Shown piece by piece: positions 16,440 through 23,785 of a DNA stretch of 25,387 nucleotides; position 1 is the stretch's first letter, and every line of letters starts with the position of its first letter. The notes below the pieces were generated by a model. The model worked only from the letters and a program-made list of their open reading frames with translations, was not told where the DNA came from and made no database searches. The stretch comes from a virus (Duplodnaviria; Caudoviricetes), in the IMG/VR virus record IMGVR_UViG_3300049205_000073, positions 1 through 25,387 of that record; one strand, given 5' to 3'. The position numbers were made by a program, and so were the translations under genes.

Positions 16440-16458
16440 CTGCTCACTTTTTGAGCAG
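16440..16458. promoter_or_regulatory. Inverted repeat CTGCTCA-N5-TGAGCAG (operator-like)
   Basis: Perfect 7-bp arms; the TGCTCA half-site is also repeated at 12990-13078. Confidence 0.45.
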
Positions 16459-16515
16459 CGATTTCAGGCATCTGTAAGTTATTGTTTCGCAACGCAATTG
16501 GGTGCATAGCTGCCG

Positions 16516-16545
16516 TTGCAACGCGCCTAGTTGCGCAGGCATAAT
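16516..16545 (+). promoter_or_regulatory. Sigma70-like promoter
   Basis: TTGCAA-N18-CATAAT followed by AT-rich ATATAT. Confidence 0.6.
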
Positions 16546-16551
16546 ATATAT

Positions 16552-17066
16552 GTGTTGGAGACCGGGCCGCTGCAGCGGTACCGCCGGGAGCCGGGCAGGT
16601 AAGCCCAAGCCACGCTAGGTAGCGCCTAGCAGCCCTGCTGACAAGCGGGGCGCATGCGGTCAAGCAAAACACGTTTTGGTGACGTGGGCCATATACAGCA
16701 CCGATTAATGCACGCAGCTACAACCTGCGCGCGCCCAGCTGCCGGGCAAGGCAGTACAACGCAAGCTGCAACTAGCAGCGCACAGCAAACGGGCACACAC
16801 GCCGCAAGGCACGTTTAAAGCCCGCGCTAACACACACGCCGCAAGGCACGTTTAAAGTTAGGCCAGTAATGTGCGCCCAGCGAAAGCAGCAGGCTACATA
16901 GCAACGTGCGGCGGGCGAGAAAACCGCAGCTAGCAACAAACGCACGTTGTAGCGTTACAGCCCGGTTGTGTGAACCGGGCATGTAGCGCAGAGCGCATTC
17001 AATTCCGAGTGCGCTCTGTTCTGCATAGGTCGACAGTACACACACTAGGCTAAGGAAGATACAAGC
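16552..17066 (+). ncRNA. Candidate large structured ncRNA or long structured leader (~500 nt)
   Basis: No credible ORF; more than ten hairpins in series, G-U pairs, GCAA/GAAA tetraloops, duplicated motif with covarying stems. Confidence 0.55.
16794..16857 (+). repeat. 27-bp perfect direct repeat x2 (CACACACGCCGCAAGGCACGTTTAAAG), period 37
   Basis: Copies at 16794-16820 and 16831-16857. Confidence 0.95.
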
Positions 17067-17351
17067 ATGAACACTTTAGTAGCACCGTCGTTCGTCGCGT
17101 CGACGATCGACAGGATCCACGACCTTGTCGACGAATCGATGTTCCACAGCAAAGTGGACCGCACGCCAACGCGCTACGCCAACGAGCTGGCGACCAAAGC
17201 GTTGGGCCACATCGTCCTTAACGGCTCCGTTCCGACGGACGAGGAGCTGCGAGCGCTCGTCATGGCCGATTACGAAGCGATCCCGCTTTTGGGAGAGCGC
17301 GACGGGTTCACGGATCTCGACTACGCCATCCAGCTGATGGTCGTGCCATGA
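17067..17351 (+). CDS. Hypothetical protein
   Basis: SD TAAGGA; ATGA overlap with the next gene. Confidence 0.7.
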   Translation: MNTLVAPSFVASTIDRIHDLVDESMFHSKVDRTPTRYANELATKALGHIVLNGSVPTDEELRALVMADYEAIPLLGERDGFTDLDYAIQLMVVP

Positions 17352-17536
17352 ACTACGTCGTCTGGCTGATCTTCAGCATCGCTCCTGGCCACTACGACCA
17401 CGAGCGCACGACGTACGTGTGCACTAGCGACCGCACATGCGCCGCGCTGTGCGCCAACGTGCAAAAGGAAACCAGTGCGGTAGGCTGCTACTGGCAACCA
17501 CGCGACGAGCCGGAGAGACCGCCGCCTCCAGTGTGA
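17348..17536 (+). CDS. Small Cys-rich hypothetical protein with hydrophobic N-terminus
   Basis: ATGA coupling; four Cys; Pro-rich C-terminus. Confidence 0.55.
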   Translation: MNYVVWLIFSIAPGHYDHERTTYVCTSDRTCAALCANVQKETSAVGCYWQPRDEPERPPPPV

Positions 17537-17832
17537 GGATGCGCTAACCAGCTGCGCATCGGCACTGAACTCGAAAGCGCCAGCGAGGGCGTCATCGAAA
17601 TACTCGCGACCAGCAGAGGAGGACTCGCCATGCGTCCGCAGCGTTGAAAAGCGTTGCACTCTGCGCACTACCGAATTCCCACTCCCACCCAGCGGGACTT
17701 AGTGCGCAGACTGGAACGATCTTCGAAGGCAGCAGTTTAGTAGCGAGGGTCTGCTGCGCATCGTGAGGTGCGGCACAAAACTCTTGCATAGATTTACAAC
17801 CCAACCGATCTAACATGCCCATAGGAGACTTT
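17537..17832 (+). ncRNA. Candidate structured intergenic RNA element
   Basis: Hairpins with GAAA and GUGA tetraloops, an 11-bp stem 17660-17670/17700-17710 and a possible pseudoknot. Confidence 0.4.
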
Positions 17833-19044
17833 ATGGCCATCGGTAGCAGAACTCGCGGTGTCAACCGCAATGTATCCAAGGTAGAGAACGCAGACTTCAT
17901 CACGATGCCGCGCTGGCAACAGCGCGTCCTCGCCGAATGGATGGGATGCTTTCATGCGTGTGAGGAGACGAAGACGAAGGAGGCGTACGGGCAGGTACTT
18001 AAAGAGAAGTGCCTTGCAAACCTGCCGCGCGCCCAAATCGGCTACGAGATCATCATCCTGAAGCAGGAGCCGGCCGTCGCCGACGGCACGATGCCTGCAG
18101 ATCTCGAGAAGAAGATGTACGCCACGCTGACAAGCGTTATCAGTCAGCACGCCGACGCGCTGGGCGAGAAGGCGTTCAAAGCTGTCGACTCTTGCGTCGA
18201 GGCGATGAAGAAGCAGCTCGAAGCCTTCGCGAAGGAACAGGTGCGCGAAGCCGCTGAGAAGCGCGCGCCCATTACGGTCAGGTCGAAAGGTAAGACCAAG
18301 GTAGTCAAGGGCGTTCTGCCTCCAGAGTTCAAGCAAATGGTCGAGCTGGCCAGTGCCCGCGTTCCGATTCTGCTCGTCGGCCCTGCCGGTTGCGGCAAGA
18401 CGTTCTTGTGCGAGAAGCTCGCGGAGGCGCTGGACCTCGACTACGCCGACCAGTCGTGCAGCGAGGGCATGAGCGAGGCCGTTTTCAATGGCCGGCTGTT
18501 GCCCATCGGCGGTCGCGGCGAGTTCAAGCATGTGATGTCGCCGTTCCAGCAGCGTTACGAAAAAGGCGGCGTGTTCCTGCTCGACGAGATGGATGCTGGC
18601 GATCCTAACTTGTTCACGTACGCCAACAAGGCTATTGCGAACACGTCGTACACTTGCGAGCAGCGGTACGAGAAGCCTGTGTTGAAGAAGCACGAGGACT
18701 TCGTGCTGGTGGCTGCAGCCAACACGTTCGGCAACGGTGCGGACGCCATGTACGTCGGCCGCAACCAGCTGGACGCTGCAACGCTGGACCGGTTTAAAGT
18801 TGGCCTCATCACGATGGACTACAATCGCGACGTCGAAGCGAGCATCGCGACGCCTGAACTTTGCGAGTGGGCGTGGTCGGTGCGCGGCGCGATCTATGCG
18901 AAGAAGATTCGCCGCATCATGTCGACACGCGTGATCAAGGACCTCGCCACTATGACCGAGATGTACGGCTGGGGCAAGGAAGAGTGGAAGGGCGCGTTCT
19001 TTAAAGGCTGGACTGCAGCAGAGGTAGCACTGTGCAACAACTAA
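17833..19044 (+). CDS. MoxR/CobS/CbbQ-type AAA+ ATPase
   Basis: GPAGCGKT, FLLDEMD, AANT, LDAATLDRF; start set at ATG 17833 (AGGAG SD). Confidence 0.9.
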   Translation: MAIGSRTRGVNRNVSKVENADFITMPRWQQRVLAEWMGCFHACEETKTKEAYGQVLKEKCLANLPRAQIGYEIIILKQEPAVADGTMPADLEKKMYATLTSVISQHADALGEKAFKAVDSCVEAMKKQLEAFAKEQVREAAEKRAPITVRSKGKTKVVKGVLPPEFKQMVELASARVPILLVGPAGCGKTFLCEKLAEALDLDYADQSCSEGMSEAVFNGRLLPIGGRGEFKHVMSPFQQRYEKGGVFLLDEMDAGDPNLFTYANKAIANTSYTCEQRYEKPVLKKHEDFVLVAAANTFGNGADAMYVGRNQLDAATLDRFKVGLITMDYNRDVEASIATPELCEWAWSVRGAIYAKKIRRIMSTRVIKDLATMTEMYGWGKEEWKGAFFKGWTAAEVALCNN

Positions 19045-19982
19045 AACTTGACGAGAGCATGAACGTCGGAGTGCATCTGGATCCAGACGGTCGCGGCGTG
19101 TCGTATGAATGGGAAAGCTACGAAGACTTCCTGCCTGATCTTGCTAAGATCAAAGAGAAGCGACCCGCCGTGTTCAAGGGCACGCTGGAATGTGGTGGCG
19201 CGCGAGATCCCGAACGCTGGTTCGGTTGCAAGTCCTTCTACGATGTGCAGCACAAGACCGCGTACGGTTGGCCCGAGCTGCGCGAGCGCTGCATCAAGAT
19301 GCTGAACGGCATCGAGCTCGATCTGCCGCTGTTCCCCACGATGAGTCAGGTGCGCCGTCGCAAGCGCATTCGTGATGAGCAAGGCGACGCGCTGGACATA
19401 GGGCGCGTGTGGAATGGTCAGCTGGACACGGCATGGGAACGCCCGGTGCGCACGGAGCGCAATGCGATGAACACAAAGCGCATCACAGTCGCGTTCGATG
19501 TGACTGCAAATGCGTATGTCAGTAATGACATGGCAATGTGGCGCGCAGCGTTGTGTACGTTGCTTGTCGACAGCTTGGCGCGAGCGGGTCGCGTATTCGA
19601 GATATGGGTAGTGGACAGCACGGCGAGTCCATTCACCTGGGGGAGTCACATGCCCATGAAGTTGTGGTCCGCGTGGTGCGTTAAGCGCACCGGCGACCCT
19701 TTACTGCTGGACCGTGTGTGCGCAATGGTTAGCGTTGGGTTCATGCGTACGGCAGGCTTCATGGCTATGGGCGCAGGTACGTGGTCACCATCTACCGGCT
19801 TCGGAGCGGCGATGAACTACGGCCTACCGATGACGCTGCGCAAGCGGCAAGAATCTGGCGAGGTCGTCCTGCGAATCGGCGAGTGCTATGATCGCCGGTC
19901 TGTCATCAACGAGTACAAGCGTGCGTGGGAAGAAGTGGAACGCCAGCACGCAGGAGATCAACATGCGCAATGTGTGGGATGA
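19032..19982 (+). CDS. VWA-like / CobT-like partner of the AAA+ ATPase
   Basis: Adjacent to the MoxR-type ATPase; GDALDIGRVWNG and ITVAFDVTAN (degenerate MIDAS strand), LVDSLARAG. Start uncertain (19032 or 19059). Confidence 0.6.
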   Translation: MQQLKLDESMNVGVHLDPDGRGVSYEWESYEDFLPDLAKIKEKRPAVFKGTLECGGARDPERWFGCKSFYDVQHKTAYGWPELRERCIKMLNGIELDLPLFPTMSQVRRRKRIRDEQGDALDIGRVWNGQLDTAWERPVRTERNAMNTKRITVAFDVTANAYVSNDMAMWRAALCTLLVDSLARAGRVFEIWVVDSTASPFTWGSHMPMKLWSAWCVKRTGDPLLLDRVCAMVSVGFMRTAGFMAMGAGTWSPSTGFGAAMNYGLPMTLRKRQESGEVVLRIGECYDRRSVINEYKRAWEEVERQHAGDQHAQCVG

Positions 19983-20274
19983 TTTGTTCGATGAGGACCT
20001 GCTTGCAGGAATGAACGCCAAGCTCCGCGCAGCCCAGAAGCTCGCGGACCGACAGGCGTTCGGTATGCCGCGGCCTGAGCTGACCGTTCAGTTCCGCGAG
20101 CAGATGGATGGCGTACGTCAAGATATCGATCGATTGCTGGAGCGGGTGGCAGCCTGTGAGCCGCAAGAAACTACACTACTAAAGGGGAGACAGCTCGATG
20201 CGCACGAAGCTTTTGTGCATAATCTTAATAAGCATCTGTCCGACGTTAGTCGGCTGCACCGCACTCGGCGTTGA
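19963..20274 (+). CDS. Hypothetical protein
   Basis: AGGAG SD before ATG 19963 (MRNVWDDLF...). Confidence 0.55.
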   Translation: MRNVWDDLFDEDLLAGMNAKLRAAQKLADRQAFGMPRPELTVQFREQMDGVRQDIDRLLERVAACEPQETTLLKGRQLDAHEAFVHNLNKHLSDVSRLHRTRR

Positions 20275-20494
20275 GTACGGACACACCAGCCATCCATTCG
20301 CGGGGCCTCCATTTGGCCCTGACGGAATGGAGGACACTCTCGACGCCATCTATGTGAACGGCCGTTACGAATACGGCCGTTTCTATGTAGACTCGGCGGT
20401 CGGGTACAAGGTGACAGACGGCGGGCTAACCGGACCGAAGGTCGTTTGGTCTGGGCGCTTTGGCGTGATGCTGTACGACAGGAGACGACAATGA
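20198..20494 (+). CDS. Putative exported/lipoprotein with beta-strand-rich mature region
   Basis: Signal-like MRTKLLCIILISICPTLVG-C; alternating aromatic/Gly strands; SD GGGGAG; ATGA overlap with the ligase gene. Confidence 0.6.
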   Translation: MRTKLLCIILISICPTLVGCTALGVEYGHTSHPFAGPPFGPDGMEDTLDAIYVNGRYEYGRFYVDSAVGYKVTDGGLTGPKVVWSGRFGVMLYDRRRQ

Positions 20495-21348
20495 CCGACC
20501 TGGACTTCAAAGTGATGCTCGCCAAGACGTACGACCCCAAGCGTGTCCAGAACTGGAAGGAGGTTTGGGTCGAGCCGAAGCTGGATGGCGTGCGCGTCAT
20601 TGCGATGGTGAGTCGCAGTGGTCCGGTGCGGTACTACAGCCGCAATGGTCGAGAGCTTGGTATGTTCACGCACCTGGACGGGAGCTTGCGCAAGCTGCGT
20701 ATGCGTTTGCCGGCGACGGCGACGACGGTGTTCGACTGCGAAGCTGTCGGCATGACGTTCGGCGACGTGAGCGGGGCCATACACACGAAAGGCACAGTTG
20801 CCTTGACGTGCCGCTTGCACGTGTTCCACTACATGCCGCTACGAGCCTTCGAGCTTGGGCTCGACACGACGTCGCAGTTCGATCGCAACGATGACCTGCA
20901 GGTCGCGCTGAAGGCCGAGGCGATCAAGGGCCTCACAGTGTCCAAGCCCGCTCGAGTCTTTGACCATCGTCAGGTGTTGTACGCGCACGACCAGTACCGT
21001 GCGGCAGGCAAGGAAGGCACCATGGTCAAGAACTTGCAGAGCGCGTGGACGGCAACGCGTAGCTGGGCATGGATGAAGATCAAGGACGAGCAGACGACCG
21101 AAGTCATTGTGACCGGCATCAAGGAAGGCACTGGCAAGTACGCTGGCAATACAGGCGCGCTGATCTGTGAGCACAACGGGCGCGTCGTGCGCTGCTCCGG
21201 CATGAGCGATGAACAACGGCGCAAGTTTTGGGACAAGCCCAAGAGCATCATCGGCAAGATGATCGAAGTAACTTACCAGGAAGAAACGGAGGCAGGCTCG
21301 CTGCGACACATTCGATTCAAACGAGTTCGGGATGACAAACAGGAGTGA
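20491..21348 (+). CDS. lig: ATP-dependent DNA ligase (minimal adenylation + OB fold)
   Basis: EPKLDGVR (KxDG), [42 protein letters not shown]; ATG 20491 with AGGAG SD. Confidence 0.93.
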   Translation: MTDLDFKVMLAKTYDPKRVQNWKEVWVEPKLDGVRVIAMVSRSGPVRYYSRNGRELGMFTHLDGSLRKLRMRLPATATTVFDCEAVGMTFGDVSGAIHTKGTVALTCRLHVFHYMPLRAFELGLDTTSQFDRNDDLQVALKAEAIKGLTVSKPARVFDHRQVLYAHDQYRAAGKEGTMVKNLQSAWTATRSWAWMKIKDEQTTEVIVTGIKEGTGKYAGNTGALICEHNGRVVRCSGMSDEQRRKFWDKPKSIIGKMIEVTYQEETEAGSLRHIRFKRVRDDKQE

Positions 21349-21350
21349 CC

Positions 21351-21533
21351 ATGTTGATTCTGACCAGACGGGTGGGAGAGACCATCATGATCGGCGACGA
21401 CATCATAGTCACGGTGCGCGAGATCCAAGGCAACAATGTTCGCCTTGGCATTAGCGCTCCGAAGGAAGTGCCGGTGCATCGCGAAGAGGTGTACCGCCGT
21501 AACAAGCTGCAGGAAAAGGCGGTGCGCACATGA
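21351..21533 (+). CDS. csrA: Carbon storage regulator CsrA/RsmA homolog
   Basis: [22 protein letters not shown]...[19 protein letters not shown], near-canonical CsrA. Confidence 0.96.
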   Translation: MLILTRRVGETIMIGDDIIVTVREIQGNNVRLGISAPKEVPVHREEVYRRNKLQEKAVRT

Positions 21534-21799
21534 GCAAGCATGCCGCAACGATGACAGCCGCTGTGTTGTCCGTTATCCTGCTCGCGCTCATGGCCACGCC
21601 GCGCATCGAAGCTGATGGCGGCGAGTACGTGCTGAAGGCGTACATGCAGGAGGCGTACGGACACGCTAAGTGGGAGCCTCTGCTGATCTTCAGTTCGCGC
21701 GACGCATGTCGTGATGTGCTGCACTCCAACATCAGCGAGCGCTATCGCTGGGGCGCAAGTTACGTGATCGCGACGTGCGAGCCGAGGGTCTCGCCATGA
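21530..21799 (+). CDS. Hypothetical exported/membrane protein
   Basis: N-terminal hydrophobic helix, two Cys; ATGA overlaps on both sides. Confidence 0.6.
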   Translation: MSKHAATMTAAVLSVILLALMATPRIEADGGEYVLKAYMQEAYGHAKWEPLLIFSSRDACRDVLHSNISERYRWGASYVIATCEPRVSP

Positions 21800-22173
21800 A
21801 GACCCTCGGCAAGCAGATCGACAGCTTATACACACTCGACGCCGAGATCAAAGCGCAGAACAAGGTCCTGAAGGATCTCAAGTCCAGGCGCTACAAGCTG
21901 GAAACGAAGTTGCTCAAGGACTTCGAGAAGAGCGACATCGACGGCTGCAAGGGTCAGCGCGGTGTAGCAAGAACCCGAAAGGCGACGTTCTACAACATCA
22001 AGGACCGTCGCAAGTTCGAGAAGTACGTGCTGAAGCACAAGGCGCTGGATCTGTTCCAGAATCGCCTCAGCGCAGAGGCATTGAAGGCGCGGCGAGACGA
22101 AGGCGAGCACGTTCCTGGCGTCGGGTCGTTCGACCGCACAAGCATAACCGTAACCAAGCGAGGAGCAAGGTAA
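21796..22173 (+). CDS. Conserved phage replication-module protein (basic, coiled-coil N-terminus)
   Basis: [12 protein letters not shown]...LDLFQNRLS...VPGV pattern of small proteins that precede SSB/PolA in siphoviruses; ATGA overlap at 21796. Confidence 0.7.
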   Translation: MKTLGKQIDSLYTLDAEIKAQNKVLKDLKSRRYKLETKLLKDFEKSDIDGCKGQRGVARTRKATFYNIKDRRKFEKYVLKHKALDLFQNRLSAEALKARRDEGEHVPGVGSFDRTSITVTKRGAR

Positions 22174-23289
<1,116 letters not shown>

Positions 23290-23333
23290 CCAGCACTGAT
23301 TGCGCTGTTCCTCGGTCAACGAGGATCCCTCTG

Positions 23334-23360
23334 TGCCCCACCTAAGACGTGGGGCGTTTT
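23334..23360 (+). terminator. Intrinsic terminator-like hairpin after the SSB-like gene
   Basis: GCCCCAC-7nt-GTGGGGC followed by GTTTT. Confidence 0.6.
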
Positions 23361-23376
23361 AAAGTTTGGAGGACAC

Positions 23377-23598
23377 ATGAAGATCCGTCCGAGATTTGCG
23401 CCCGACGTTGTGCTTGAATCATGGCGCACCGTTAATGAAGCGCTGACCAACATGACGGAGGACGAACTGTTCGCATCGATAGCCGAAGAGGTCAGCAAGC
23501 CTATCGCGCATCGTCGTGCAGACGTCGTGCATCGCTTGCATCGTAGATACTGCAAGCTACGCCAAGAGCGAGAACTCAACAAGTACCTAAGCGGGTGA
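23377..23598 (+). CDS. Conserved phage hypothetical protein
   Basis: SD GGAGG; SWRTVNEAL..RLHRRYCKLRQERE. Confidence 0.75.
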   Translation: MKIRPRFAPDVVLESWRTVNEALTNMTEDELFASIAEEVSKPIAHRRADVVHRLHRRYCKLRQERELNKYLSG

Positions 23599-23601
23599 CA
23601 C

Positions 23602-23784
23602 ATGGGATTCATGACCTGGGTTCGCGTGATGTGCGAAAAACATCCGACGCAAGTTGTAACCGTCGAACGTAGACAGCATCAGTCGGGCTACGATCGTGAG
23701 AACGAGATAGCGTACGACTTCACGCTCTTCGTGAAGCCGTGTCCGCTGTGCCAGCACGAAGCTTTGCACTCGGCGGGCGGCTGA
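23602..23784 (+). CDS. Small hypothetical protein (CxxH / CxxC)
   Basis: Fills the gap before polA; CEKH and CPLC. Confidence 0.5.
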   Translation: MGFMTWVRVMCEKHPTQVVTVERRQHQSGYDRENEIAYDFTLFVKPCPLCQHEALHSAGG

Positions 23785-23785
23785 T

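Noticed and set aside
16794-16857. 27-bp direct repeat as a mini CRISPR array
   Set aside because: Only two copies, a 10-nt spacer and no cas genes; flank pairing explains it better as an RNA motif
16552-17066. CsrB/RsmZ-like sponge RNA for the phage CsrA
   Set aside because: Only about three GGA trinucleotides, and they are not displayed in the hairpin loops
17563-17600. Hammerhead ribozyme suggested by CTGA...GAAA
   Set aside because: The core reads CUGAACU, not CUGANGA, and the three-stem geometry could not be built
13499-17832. tRNA genes in the intergenic regions
   Set aside because: No cloverleaf with a T-loop GTTCRA and D-loop of proper spacing was found by eye
17833-19982. Cobalamin biosynthesis (cobS/cobT) auxiliary metabolic genes
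   Set aside because: No CobN or other cob genes; a generic MoxR/VWA pair is the more conservative call
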